Assembly: GCA_963675515.1 (NCBI GenBank)
Contig: OY776328.1
Coordinates: forward strand, 2,730,001 to 2,762,000
From: Coprobacillaceae bacterium
GTDB lineage: Bacteria > Bacillota_I > Bacilli_A > Erysipelotrichales > Coprobacillaceae
Length of the DNA stretch: 32,000 bases
Reading direction: 5' to 3'
Shown: positions 9,132-18,115 of the stretch, piece by piece
Position numbering within the stretch: the stretch's first letter is position 1
Layout: the number at the start of each line of letters is the position of its first letter
Made by a program: the position numbers and the translations under genes
The notes under the pieces: generated by a model
The model's database searches: none
What the model saw: only the letters and a program-made list of their open reading frames with translations
Told to the model about the DNA's origin: nothing

Positions 9132-10013
9132 TCAGCCATTTTTCGCTTCAATCAATTTGGCGATGTCGAATTTCTTCATTTTCAAGAACGCCTCGGTTAT
9201 CCGCTTGACCTCTTCGGGAGAGCTTCGATTCATCAGTTCATCCAGGATCTGCGGGACAACCTGCCAGGATACGCCGTACTTGTCCTTGAGCCAGCCACAG
9301 GCCTCCGCTTCAGGAACATAAGAAAGCTTTTCCCAGTAGTAATCGATTTCTTCCTGGGTGTCGCAGTTGACGATAAACGAGAATGATTCATTGAAATCAA
9401 CTGTCCCGCCATTGCCGTCATCCATCATGACAAGATCCATGTCGAATATTTTCAGCCGGGCGTATTTCGTCCGGGCCCTAAGATCCGGAGCTTCACCTTC
9501 CTGGTAAGCCGCCTTGTAGCCGGGATCCGTATCAGGAAAGACTTGGCCATAGAAATCAATCGCCTCATCCGCCTTGCCGCAATTTTCTCCACCAAAAAGC
9601 AGTGATGGGGTGATCCGTCTGTGTTCGGCCATGTCTTCGACTTGCATTAGCTGCCAGTTCAAGCCGTACCTATCAGCTATCCAGGCGTACCATCCGCTAA
9701 AATCGTACTTGCCTAAAGGCATCAGTTCCTTGCCGCCGGGAATCAATGACTGATACAGGCGGTCGACTTCTTCCTTGGTCGCACAGGCTACCATCAGTGA
9801 AATCGAATGGTTGAAAGTAAAGTATGGCCCGGCACTTATCGCCGCAAACTCTTTCCCCGCCAGATAGAAAGCGACGGTCTCTGCATCCCCCGAAGGGGTA
9901 TCATTAATTACGGATACATTGGAAATCTTGGAATCTTCAAACAGGCCGACATAGAAGCTCGCCGCCTCTTTTGCCTGGGTGTCAAACCACAAGTGTGGTA
10001 CTATCTTTGCCAT
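9132..10013 (-). CDS. VOC/glyoxalase-superfamily protein with two tandem PhnB-like domains (the family often annotated 3-demethylubiquinone-9 3-methyltransferase domain)
   Basis: The motif KIVPHLWFD...AASFY occurs at the N-terminus, and a second repeat begins at ITPSLLFGGENCGKADEAIDFY. I prefer the start at ATG 10013 (7 nt after GAGGAG) over the track start at 10019. Confidence 0.75.
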   Translation of the reverse strand: MAKIVPHLWFDTQAKEAASFYVGLFEDSKISNVSVINDTPSGDAETVAFYLAGKEFAAISAGPYFTFNHSISLMVACATKEEVDRLYQSLIPGGKELMPLGKYDFSGWYAWIADRYGLNWQLMQVEDMAEHRRITPSLLFGGENCGKADEAIDFYGQVFPDTDPGYKAAYQEGEAPDLRARTKYARLKIFDMDLVMMDDGNGGTVDFNESFSFIVNCDTQEEIDYYWEKLSYVPEAEACGWLKDKYGVSWQVVPQILDELMNRSSPEEVKRITEAFLKMKKFDIAKLIEAKNG

Positions 10014-10052
10014 AATCATTCTCCTCGTCAGATTAAAAAAGCATGATATTCA

Positions 10053-10595
10053 TTATTCAATCGGATTTCTTCGCTCGTAAACCAGCTCAACCATCCCGTT
10101 GTAGCAATCAGTCGATATCAGCGTCAGCGGTTGTTGGGGGATCCCCTGATTGAAAAGGCGGATGCCACTGCCCATAATGGTCGGTATGACCGTGATATGG
10201 AACAGGTCAATCAGATCTCCAGCCAATGCCTGGTTGACAATCGAGGCCCCGCCGCAGATCCAGATATCTCTCCCTGGCAGATTCCTGATCTTTTCAATCA
10301 GTTCAGCCAACGAATCATCAGTAAAGATGATCTTGTTTGTCGCTTCAATTTTCCTGTGGGTGATAACATAGGTCAACTTGTCATCATAAACCCAGCCTTC
10401 GGGAGCAAGTTCGGTGATCAGCTGATGGTAGGTAGTGTAGCCCATAATAACCGTATCAACCGTTTTGATGAACCCGGGATAGCTCCCGTGATTGTCCTGG
10501 TCGGACCCGTCACCACCAAGCCAGGCCACCCCGCCATCGCTGTCCGCTATATAGCCATCCAGGCTCATCGCGATATACAATACAACATTTCTCAT
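10053..10595 (-). CDS. Dihydrofolate reductase family protein (RibD C-terminal domain type)
   Basis: 180 aa. The signatures are VVLYIAMSLDGYIADSDGGVAWL and DIWICGGASIVNQ, which are typical RibD_C motifs. SD GAGGTGG. Confidence 0.85.
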   Translation of the reverse strand: MRNVVLYIAMSLDGYIADSDGGVAWLGGDGSDQDNHGSYPGFIKTVDTVIMGYTTYHQLITELAPEGWVYDDKLTYVITHRKIEATNKIIFTDDSLAELIEKIRNLPGRDIWICGGASIVNQALAGDLIDLFHITVIPTIMGSGIRLFNQGIPQQPLTLISTDCYNGMVELVYERRNPIE

Positions 10596-10642
10596 TTATT
10601 CCACCTCGATACTGAACCGTTTATTGATTGATCAGACCGGAA

Positions 10643-11290
10643 TCAAAGACCCCGGGCAAGCAGCTCGATCATATGGATCGGATTCCCGCCACCAAGCTTC
10701 AGTCCTTTTTCACAGCCATTGCAGTAGACCAGGACATCTTCATTGCCGTATCTCGATACCTGCTCCTTCATCATTTCGACCTGTTTTTCAACAGGCATAA
10801 TCCTGATATGGTTTTCGATTATTGCACTGAACGTTTTTGGTGCGACCTCGATGCAAATCTTGGCTGGAGTATTGTTGCGCCACACCCCGCAAAAGTCCGC
10901 CTTGTCAAAGTTGTTTTCCATCTCGATCACCGTGTAATTCATCCTGGCCAGGCATTCCCGGATCGCTTTTTGCAAGGCTAGGTTTTCCCTCGTTCTCCAA
11001 CAGTCCTGGACAATGATTTTCTTACCGCTGTGATCATTCCATGGAAACTTTTCATCCTGAAGGACGAATTCATAAAGACTGTGACCCTCGTTGTCGGGAT
11101 GGGTCTCCCGCAAGATCAGATCGCACATGGTGCAGTTGTTGACAATCGTATCGCCTGGAACAAGGAACTTCTCTTTAGTCCGGCAACACCTTTCGACATG
11201 AGCCCCTTGAGCTTCCATGTATCTTTCCATTTTTTCAACTGCTTGTGAGTGGTTGGTTCTCACATCACAGCCGGGCAGATAATGCAGCAT
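10643..11290 (-). CDS. Cys-rich protein with two CCG-like (HdrB/GlpC-type) cysteine-rich segments. Function unknown.
   Basis: 215 aa. The segments YLPGCDVRTN...ERCCRTKE and VQDCWRTRENL...ADFCGVW resemble degenerate CCG domains. A C-terminal YCNGCEKG is also present. The family call is tentative. Confidence 0.4.
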   Translation of the reverse strand: MLHYLPGCDVRTNHSQAVEKMERYMEAQGAHVERCCRTKEKFLVPGDTIVNNCTMCDLILRETHPDNEGHSLYEFVLQDEKFPWNDHSGKKIIVQDCWRTRENLALQKAIRECLARMNYTVIEMENNFDKADFCGVWRNNTPAKICIEVAPKTFSAIIENHIRIMPVEKQVEMMKEQVSRYGNEDVLVYCNGCEKGLKLGGGNPIHMIELLARGL

Positions 11291-11308
11291 CGCTTTACCT
11301 CACTTCCC

Positions 11309-11590
11309 CTAATTCCCTGAGCCAATCAATTCACCGCGGTCATACTTCCTGTTGCGATAGTACAAGGTGATATCGACTGCCACCATGGCGAAATTCAAAA
11401 GGTACAAAAACAGCACAAAATCAAAATCATAGACTATCTTGTTTAACATCCCGCAGATGTACCCGATCTCGACTGTGAACATAAAGATCACACTCTTGCC
11501 TTTGGCTGTTTTAGATCTGTATGACTTGTAAATGTTCATCGGCCAGGCCGCCCCGAAGCAAAGCAGCATCATTATCTCAAATATACTCAT
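11309..11590 (-). CDS. Small 3-TM membrane protein, PQ-loop/SemiSWEET-like architecture
   Basis: I placed the start at ATG 11590 (MSIFEIMMLLCFGAAWPMNIYKSYRSKTAKGKS...), preceded by GGAAGG. It has three hydrophobic segments, and the Pro-x3-K-x2-R-x-K-x-A-x-G-x-S stretch after TM1 resembles PQ-loop proteins. It ends 18 nt before the next gene. Confidence 0.45.
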   Translation of the reverse strand: MSIFEIMMLLCFGAAWPMNIYKSYRSKTAKGKSVIFMFTVEIGYICGMLNKIVYDFDFVLFLYLLNFAMVAVDITLYYRNRKYDRGELIGSGN

Positions 11591-11723
11591 TCTTTTTTCC
11601 TTCCCTGATTTCCCGAAGTCCCGATTTCGGGCAAGATTCATCCTCCATCAATCATTTTAGCCGATTCTCCCGGAATCCAGGCTTTTTTTGCCACCGTGAA
11701 AAAATATGTCATCTAATGCCGAC

Positions 11724-12179
11724 TCAAGGTCTTCCAGTATCGGTCTCTCTGGCTTGAGCCAGTGCTTTCACAACCGCCAAGGACTCTGGTATCTTGATCC
11801 TGAACATTTCTTCGAGTTCCCCGGGCACCTCGCTTGCAACGGTCAACACAGTCAATCCGCCCCGTTGTTCCAGGGTGTAGCTTTCGCTCCCTCCGGTCCA
11901 TTCCCTTTCCCGAAGCTTCGATCCCGATTCCTTGGTATCGGCTTGATGCCTGAAAAGGACATAGGAACCAGGATCAAGTCTTGCCACCAGGCTGGTCACC
12001 CCGTAGCCGTTTTATGCCGAGATGAACCGGACTTCGTTTCCTTCTATAATCTCCCCTTGAAGATAGGTACCCTCATCAATCACACCGGCCCATAGCGGAA
12101 ACGTGTCTTTCCCCCAGAGGACATCCCAGACGGTTTCTTTTGAAGCCGATATTTCGATTTCACATCTGATTTCTACCAT
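11724..12179 (-). pseudogene. SRPBCC / AHSA1-like (Aha1 domain) protein interrupted by an in-frame TAA at 12012-12014
   Basis: Track ORFs 12012-12254 and 11724-11999 are in the same frame. The read-through translation is ...EIIEGNEVRFISA*NGYGVTSLVARLDPGSYVLFRH..., which is continuous with the SRPBCC fold pattern. The likely start is ATG 12179 (MVEIRCEIEISASKETVWDVLW) after GGGGAGG. Confidence 0.7.
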
Positions 12180-12413
12180 GGTAGCCTCCCCGTAACCCAC
12201 TTTAATTGGTTGCGCTTTCATCAAGAAAATATTAGCACAATAACTTCCTGGCAATCCATCGATATGACAATAGTTTTTACCTGGACTTAGCCATCGTTGG
12301 AGAACCGACCAATCACCGGATTCCCCATTTCACAACACGAAAATCAAAATCATCATTCCCCGCAATCCTTTCTACGAAATGCTTTTGGGAGATTTTTTGC
12401 GATTTTGGTGTCA

Positions 12414-12450
12414 AAGAAAAAAGCCAGACTCTTGATGCAAGGGTCCGGCC
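12414..12450 (-). terminator. Rho-independent terminator after the DUF362 gene
   Basis: On the minus strand, GCCGGAC(12449-12443)/GTCTGGC(12429-12423) forms a 7-bp stem with one G-U pair, followed by TTTTTTCTTTG. Confidence 0.6.
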
Positions 12451-12468
12451 TGGAAGAAAAATTACTGT

Positions 12469-13335
12469 TTAGATTTCGATTATCTCGTACTCTTGGATTC
12501 CGATTCCGTGTCTCGCGCTCGTCTCCACAATCAGGATGGCATTGCGTGAATCCATCCGCTCAATCAGTGATGCCTTTTTGGGATCGGTCGAATTGACAAC
12601 CGCGTCGTAGCAAGCCTGATCGATGGCGACAGGATCCAAGGAAGCGAATATTCCGATGTCTCCCATTTCCGGTTCATGGGGATTGGAGTCGCAATCGCAA
12701 TCGATCGAGAGCCGGTTGGCCACATTTATGTATACGATGTTTTGCGCCCCGACATGGTCCACCACTGATCTGGCCGCATCAGCCATGGAGCGCAAAAACG
12801 AATCATGGTCCGCAGTCCATATCTTTTCCACTTCCCCCACTCCATGGATATGGGCCTTGCCATGGGCCGAAGCCAGTCCGATCGACATGTTCTTCAAGGC
12901 ACCCCCGAAACCGCCCATCATATGCCCTTTGAAATGCGACAGCATCAGGATCGAATCATAATTGTCGATATGGGCTCCCACGAAGTTTTCTTTCAAGTGG
13001 GTTCCGTCAACAACCAGGATGGAAATCTCGCCCTCACTGTCAAGGATGTCGCAGGGGGCGATTTTGGTGAACCCATGCTCCTCGATGGCCTTCAGGTGGT
13101 CTTTGGTTTCTTTGCGACGTCCCCCATATGCCGTGTTGCATTCGACGATTGTCCCTTCAAGTTCAGCAACGAGATTCTTTATCAGCCCCGGCTGCAGGAA
13201 GTTGTGCCCGCCCGGTTCTCCTGACGATATCTTCACCGCCACTTTCCCATGCAGGTTTCCTCCCACTGCATGATAAATCCTGACCAGTGATTCTGGTGTT
13301 ATTTCCTTAGTGAAATATACTTTAGCTTTCTCCAT
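12469..13335 (-). CDS. DUF362 domain-containing protein
   Basis: 288 aa. The N-terminus KVYFTKEITPESL...KISSGEPGG and the SIDCDCDSNPHEPE Cys motif are characteristic of DUF362. GGAGGT SD. Confidence 0.75.
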   Translation of the reverse strand: MEKAKVYFTKEITPESLVRIYHAVGGNLHGKVAVKISSGEPGGHNFLQPGLIKNLVAELEGTIVECNTAYGGRRKETKDHLKAIEEHGFTKIAPCDILDSEGEISILVVDGTHLKENFVGAHIDNYDSILMLSHFKGHMMGGFGGALKNMSIGLASAHGKAHIHGVGEVEKIWTADHDSFLRSMADAARSVVDHVGAQNIVYINVANRLSIDCDCDSNPHEPEMGDIGIFASLDPVAIDQACYDAVVNSTDPKKASLIERMDSRNAILIVETSARHGIGIQEYEIIEI

Positions 13336-13490
13336 TTAACTGACCTCCATTATTGTGTCTTGGCCACGTCGATCAGCGATTCAAAAAGGACTGACATGGC
13401 TCCATCTAATATTATCATAGATCTTCCAGTTAACTTTAAGTCAAGCCTTTTTTCTAATGATAGGAAAATGCTTGGAAATATCGTATCTGG

Positions 13491-13529
13491 TTTATAAAAG
13501 CGAAAAGATTCCCCGATTCAGGGAATCTT
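13491..13529 (-). terminator. Terminator after the ABC ATPase gene
   Basis: A perfect 9-bp stem AAGATTCCC(13505-13513)/GGGAATCTT(13521-13529) with a 7-nt loop. On the minus strand it is followed by TTTTCGCTTTTAT. Confidence 0.55.
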
Positions 13530-13555
13530 GAACGTTATTTTTTTGCAGGTCCGTT

Positions 13556-14248
13556 TCAGACCTGTGCCGTAATCCGGTCCTGTTGTTTCTTCTTGGATCT
13601 TGATTTGAGCGGCGCAAGTTCATAGATTGCATCGGCCACCTTGGCCACCTCGGGCGAATGGGTCACGATGATCACGCATTTATTTTCCTTGTGGGCCAGA
13701 TCGCAAAATATGATCATGATCTCTTCCTGGGTAGCCAGGTCGAGGTTGCCGGTTGGCTCATCGGCCAGGATAATATTGGGATCGAATGACAGGGCCCGGG
13801 CGATCGCCACCCGTTGCTGTTCCCCGCCCGAGAGCTTAAGGATGCGCCTTTGGGCCAGCGACTCGTCAAGTCTGACCTTTTCGAGTAATTCGAGAGCCTT
13901 GGGGCGTTTGTCCTTGATGGCCTTGTTCGATGCCCGCATCGAAAGTTCCACATTTTCCACAGCGGTGAGATGAGGCAGGAGGTTGAACTGCTGGAAGACA
14001 ACCCCGACATAGGTGCTTCGGTATTCGTACCGGTCGATTTTCTGGATGTCCTGACCGTCAAACAGGATCGTCCCTTCACTTGGTGGAGTCAGGCCGCTAA
14101 GCATCGACAGCAGGGTCGTCTTGCCGGCTCCCGAACGGCCGACAATGGCGTACACCTTGCCCTGTTCGAATTCGTAAGAGAGTCCGTTGATTACTTTTTC
14201 ACTTTTGGCATACTGGTAGCCAATGTTCGTTAATGAGAGAATGCTCAT
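13556..14248 (-). CDS. ABC transporter ATP-binding protein (MacB/LolD/FtsE-like)
   Basis: Walker A is GRSGAGKTT, the signature motif is LSGGEQQRVAIARAL, and Walker B is ILADEPTGNLD. Confidence 0.9.
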   Translation of the reverse strand: MSILSLTNIGYQYAKSEKVINGLSYEFEQGKVYAIVGRSGAGKTTLLSMLSGLTPPSEGTILFDGQDIQKIDRYEYRSTYVGVVFQQFNLLPHLTAVENVELSMRASNKAIKDKRPKALELLEKVRLDESLAQRRILKLSGGEQQRVAIARALSFDPNIILADEPTGNLDLATQEEIMIIFCDLAHKENKCVIIVTHSPEVAKVADAIYELAPLKSRSKKKQQDRITAQV

Positions 14249-14265
14249 GATATTTTCCTTCTTTC

Positions 14266-15798
14266 CTAAGATCGGTTTGACAATATTTTCAGCGGGTCAT
14301 ACCTTAGCACAAAGACTATCCCGGCCAGACTGGACACTGCAGTCAGCAGGACCCCGATCCCTATCAATTCGGCCAGTATTTCGACATCGACAGCCGCATC
14401 GATTGTGTCAAGATATGAGGTTGGCGTGGTGCTTGTACCACTTCCCGACATGACCATATCACCGCCCCGGCCGAAATTCTGTTCCTGGCTGGTAGCGGTA
14501 GTTTCCTGTGATTCGATCTGCGAAGCCAGCAGGCTATTGGACACCGGCACCGAGGCCACCGCTCCGATTCCGGTTCCGATGATGATGGCTATAAGCGTCA
14601 CAATCATGAGCTCGCTTACGAACTGGGCCGCCACCTTGGATTTCTTGATCCCAATGGCGGTCAGCACTCCGATTTCATATTTACGTTCCCTGATATTGAA
14701 GATGTTTATTACAACCAGGATGACAGCTCCGACACCCAAGATGATGACAAGCAATGTCAAAGCGAAATCGCTCAAGTTATCAAGAGGAACCAGGCTGGCT
14801 TCGTAACTGCTCAGATCGCTTGAAGACAGGGTGTAGTATTCCGACAATCCCTTGTCTGTAAGTTCAGTTGCGAAGCTTTCATAATTTGCGGTTGAGTCAA
14901 AAACATACGTTCCCGAAGACTGCAGCGTCAAAGCAGTCGAAGTTTCATTGCCACTGTCGTCGGTTGTGGTAATTGCATCGCCGGCCGAGTTAGCTTCGAT
15001 GTCGCTCATGGTCGCATAGCTCACGCAGATAAGATTGGCCGAATCATTGGCGGTTCCGAACATCATTGAACTGCTGTCAGTCGAACTGCTTGTATTCGTG
15101 TAAATCCCGGCAATAGTCAGCACATATGTTTCATCAGTGTTGTTGGGGTTGGCAAGCGTGATGGTATCCCCGACCGAAAGCGAATTGAACAGGGCCAACT
15201 CACTTGAGATAAGGCATTGGTAATCGGCGGCAGTCACATCGAACACCGCACCGTCAGTAACCTGTGAGTCACCGGAAATGAAAGATGTCATGGCCGATTC
15301 ACTGGAATACCCGATTACCGAGAAATCGCCCATAGTCATCATCCCACTGCCGCCCTTCATTTCGCCTCCAGGCATGCTTGAAGAATCGCTGGTATCAGTG
15401 GATGAACTTGAAGTTGTCGAATAAGCTTCCAGGTCCCCGGTGGCATCAAGCGAAGCTGAAGCCGTGTAGTAGAAGTCGGCGACAAACTCCGAATCAGCGT
15501 AAGCCTCCAATTCATCCAAAGACAGATTTGAATACTGGCTCATCATATCCCGCATGTCGGACATGCTTGAATCGCTCGATTCGCTTTGGGCACTTTCCAT
15601 GAGCGCCTGGCGGTCAACCGAAATGGTCCCCGTAATCGTCTGCGACGCCATCCCCGATTCCTTGGCTGAATCGGCGGCCGAACGGATCGCAAGGGCGATG
15701 CTTGTGGACACCGCGATCGTCAAAACTATTATCCCGATCATGATGTTCCGCCCTTTCGAGCGGGTAATGCTTTTGAATGCATTGATCAATATTAACAT
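14266..15798 (-). CDS. ABC transporter permease, FtsX/MacB type, with a large extracytoplasmic domain
   Basis: 510 aa with an N-terminal TM (IMIGIIVLTIAVSTSIALAI), a Ser/Thr/Asp-rich ectodomain of about 300 aa, and a C-terminal 3-TM FtsX module. It ends 17 nt upstream of the ATPase gene start. Confidence 0.8.
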   Translation of the reverse strand: MLILINAFKSITRSKGRNIMIGIIVLTIAVSTSIALAIRSAADSAKESGMASQTITGTISVDRQALMESAQSESSDSSMSDMRDMMSQYSNLSLDELEAYADSEFVADFYYTASASLDATGDLEAYSTTSSSSTDTSDSSSMPGGEMKGGSGMMTMGDFSVIGYSSESAMTSFISGDSQVTDGAVFDVTAADYQCLISSELALFNSLSVGDTITLANPNNTDETYVLTIAGIYTNTSSSTDSSSMMFGTANDSANLICVSYATMSDIEANSAGDAITTTDDSGNETSTALTLQSSGTYVFDSTANYESFATELTDKGLSEYYTLSSSDLSSYEASLVPLDNLSDFALTLLVIILGVGAVILVVINIFNIRERKYEIGVLTAIGIKKSKVAAQFVSELMIVTLIAIIIGTGIGAVASVPVSNSLLASQIESQETTATSQEQNFGRGGDMVMSGSGTSTTPTSYLDTIDAAVDVEILAELIGIGVLLTAVSSLAGIVFVLRYDPLKILSNRS

Positions 15799-16070
15799 GA
15801 TATCTTCCTTTCAATTTTCACAATTTCGATATAATTTTTCAGTGTACGGTCCTATCCTTGAAGTACGAATTCATTTGTGATGCATTTTGGACTGACAGTG
15901 AACTGATGGATTCTCTTCCCTTTCAACCGCTAAGGTCATGCCCTCCTTTTATTAATCCTCGAAAATCTTAACAGCCCAAACTTAAATGTACCTTAAATTC
16001 GGATACCGTTTCATATTTTTAAGGGATAATTTCTCAGAAGTAAATGGCTTAATCTGAATTTGGACAACAG

Positions 16071-16100
16071 CAAAAAACCGCAGCAGATCACAGTGCGGTT
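16071..16100 (-). terminator. Rho-independent terminator downstream of the cupin gene
   Basis: On the minus strand, AACCGCA(16100-16094)/TGCGGTT(16082-16076) is followed by TTTTTGC. Confidence 0.55.
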
Positions 16101-16244
16101 CCAGATTATAATTTGCATTCAATGTATTTGATTCGATAAAGACGCGACAATGGAATCAGTTCAATCAAAATAAGTTTCCTGGTAGCCTTTCGCTTCTCAT
16201 TTTGGTGAATTGTAATGGTGCAACAGGACTATTGCACCTTTAAA

Positions 16245-16568
16245 TCATTTTTTATAATTTTGGGGTGCCGGAGCTTTGATGACAATCAGTTCAAGCACGT
16301 CATTATCGCTGTTTTTTACATTCATTTTGGTGTTATATGGAATTTCCAATAGTGTCCCTTTTGAATACCGGTGTGAGTCTTGGTCATTCAATTTTAACGT
16401 CAATGTTCCTCTGACCACATTCATGTATACATTGGAATTGGAATAGTGCTCAGGAAGTCCCTCGCCCTTGTTGAAAACCATATGAATGTAATTCACATTG
16501 TCATCCATTATGAGCTTTTCAACCGTCTTTTCGTCACTGGTGCTATAATTATATACTTTTTCAATCAT
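16245..16568 (-). CDS. Cupin domain protein
   Basis: 107 aa. The segments GEGLPEHYSNSNVYMNVVRGTLTL ... GTLLEIPYNTKMNVKN give the two-motif cupin beta-barrel pattern. Confidence 0.7.
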   Translation of the reverse strand: MIEKVYNYSTSDEKTVEKLIMDDNVNYIHMVFNKGEGLPEHYSNSNVYMNVVRGTLTLKLNDQDSHRYSKGTLLEIPYNTKMNVKNSDNDVLELIVIKAPAPQNYKK

Positions 16569-16643
16569 TTTTAGTTTCCTCTTTCTTTCATCAAAGAATA
16601 ATGAGATGTCGATTCCTAATTATTCAATCAGTCAATCAAATAA

Positions 16644-16657
16644 GTTACCTGAGTAAC
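16644..16657. promoter_or_regulatory. Candidate Crp/Fnr-type operator, a 5-4-5 palindrome GTTAC-CTGA-GTAAC
   Basis: A perfect dyad in the 151-bp divergent cupin/Crp intergenic region. Its geometry matches the TTGAT-N4-ATCAA class of sites. There is no other support. Confidence 0.3.
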
Positions 16658-16719
16658 ACTGTTTTCTATGTGATTATATTATAATATTCCTGTATAATTA
16701 ATTTTATGGAGGCCCACAC

Positions 16720-17391
16720 ATGTCAAATAAAAATCATACGACCAAATATCAAAGTACCATTTTAGGTGTATTGCCGCCTATGCTTATCAATGATTATCTC
16801 GCAAGTGGACTGTTTCAAAAACAGTCCTACAACAAGCACGAGGTTATCCATTTTGAAGGCGATTGCTGCAGCCAGATCGAAATCATATTGGAAGGAGAAA
16901 TCGTTATCGAGCGGATCGGTTTAGCCGGCGACCTGATGACGGTTAATCATTTCCATCCTGGCGACATCATCGGTGCCAATCTGATATTTTCAAGTAGCGA
17001 ATCTTATCCGATGACAGTAACTGCAAGGAAACCGACCCAAGTCATAGTTGTGGCAAAAGATGTGCTTTTCGATTTGTGCAACAGTTATCCGACATTTCTC
17101 ATGCAGTTCATCAAAGTCATCTCGGATCTGTCAGTTCTGATTGGAACAAAGATGAAAAACCGGATCAGCAGGACCATCCGCCAAAGTATCATTACCTATC
17201 TGAATAAGCAATACGAAATTCAAGGGACCTTAACCATCGCATTGACACTGTCCAAGAAATCCCTGGCGGAAATGTTCGGTGTATCCAGGACATCATTGTC
17301 CCGGGAGCTTTCGAAAATGGAAGCTGAGGGACTGATAACCTTTGACTCAAAAACCATTGTTATAATGGACCAAAACATTCTGAAACAATGA
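16720..17391 (+). CDS. Crp/Fnr family transcriptional regulator
   Basis: 223 aa with an N-terminal cNMP-binding-like beta-roll (VIHFEGDCCSQIEIILEGEIVIER) and a C-terminal HTH (SKKSLAEMFGVSRTSLSRELSKMEAEGLI). GGAGG lies 7 nt before the ATG. Confidence 0.85.
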   Translation: MSNKNHTTKYQSTILGVLPPMLINDYLASGLFQKQSYNKHEVIHFEGDCCSQIEIILEGEIVIERIGLAGDLMTVNHFHPGDIIGANLIFSSSESYPMTVTARKPTQVIVVAKDVLFDLCNSYPTFLMQFIKVISDLSVLIGTKMKNRISRTIRQSIITYLNKQYEIQGTLTIALTLSKKSLAEMFGVSRTSLSRELSKMEAEGLITFDSKTIVIMDQNILKQ

Positions 17392-17392
17392 T

Positions 17393-18115
17393 TTAACCAT
17401 TAATCTCTATGGCCTTTGATGGACATTTTCCAACCACAGATAATAGTCTTGTTTTGCCTTGTTCATCCATCTGATCTAGCTTGATTTTGGGATCGATCAC
17501 GTAGGCCTTGCCATCTTTCATTGCGAATATTTCCGGCATAGAATTCTTGCAAGCCGTGCATCCGATACAGTAATCTTTTTTCACAGTCACTGCTTGTTGA
17601 TAATTTTCCTCTTGTGCATTTGGTTTTAGCCCGGCCTTCTCCATGATGACCCCAATCGCAAATATGAAAATTACGGTAAGAATCCACCTGATTATCATGA
17701 ACGAAGGACCAAGAAATTTTGCTTCATTAGCCAGCATCGGGACTTTTATTACCGCCCAGGCACTGAGGATAACGACCACATTTTTCACACTGGCACCTTT
17801 TTTATGAAGCGTCTTCGCAATTGGAAATGCAGCGTAGATCGGTCCTGCAGACAAGCTGCCAAAAGCCAAAGCCAGTCCCATACCGGCGAGTCCGGACTGC
17901 ACGCCCAGATGTCTGGTGATCCATTCTTTAGGAATCAACACATCAATAGCGACTGTCAACATGAAGATCACCGGTAAAATTTGGACCATTTCGATGAGGT
18001 AGTAGGCGCTGTTTCCCAAGGCTGCAAATGCCATATCACTTTTTAGAATAAATAGACAGACATAAATTCCGATCATTACAGCTACAAGTTTGTTATTAAG
18101 CAGTGTTTTCATCAT
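17393..18115 (-). CDS. Permease half (DUF318/ArsP-like predicted-permease repeat) fused to a C-terminal single-cluster 4Fe-4S ferredoxin domain
   Basis: 240 aa. The membrane part contains LIPKEWITRHLG...GSLSAGPIYAAFPIAKTLHKKGASV. The C-terminus reads YCIGCTACKNSMPEIF...GKCPSKAIEING, which is a CxxCxxC...CP ferredoxin motif. Confidence 0.65.
   Translation of the reverse strand: MMKTLLNNKLVAVMIGIYVCLFILKSDMAFAALGNSAYYLIEMVQILPVIFMLTVAIDVLIPKEWITRHLGVQSGLAGMGLALAFGSLSAGPIYAAFPIAKTLHKKGASVKNVVVILSAWAVIKVPMLANEAKFLGPSFMIIRWILTVIFIFAIGVIMEKAGLKPNAQEENYQQAVTVKKDYCIGCTACKNSMPEIFAMKDGKAYVIDPKIKLDQMDEQGKTRLLSVVGKCPSKAIEING

Noticed and set aside
10131-10631. A 166-aa plus-strand ORF antisense to the DHFR-family gene
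   Set aside because: It is a shadow ORF. The minus-strand product has strong RibD_C motifs.
6768-12014. The idea that the two in-frame TAA codons reflect stop-codon reassignment or programmed readthrough
   Set aside because: TAA also sits at family-typical C-termini of several genes here (Pit, the DHFR-family gene, RpiR, DUF362, SDR, the DXS-like gene, MerR). Two events is too few, and independent nonsense mutations in an AT-biased mutational background are the simpler explanation. A suppressor tRNA or junction-spanning peptides would be needed to revive the idea.
13414-13444. The promoter upstream of DUF362, TTGACT-19 bp-TATGAT, whose spacer shares AAGTTAAC with the MerR operator
   Set aside because: The ACTCT/AGAGT dyad arms of the MerR sites are absent and only an 8-bp AGTTAACT core is palindromic, so I do not count it as a third operator. 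The 19-bp spacing may still mean activator dependence, but that is unsupported.
15871-15939. A 22-codon mini-ORF (MTLAVEREENPSVHCQSKMHHK) with GGAGGG upstream, in the leader of the ABC exporter operon
   Set aside because: The SD core ends only 1-2 nt before the ATG, which is too close for efficient initiation. The peptide has no recognisable leader or bacteriocin features, and I had no conservation evidence.
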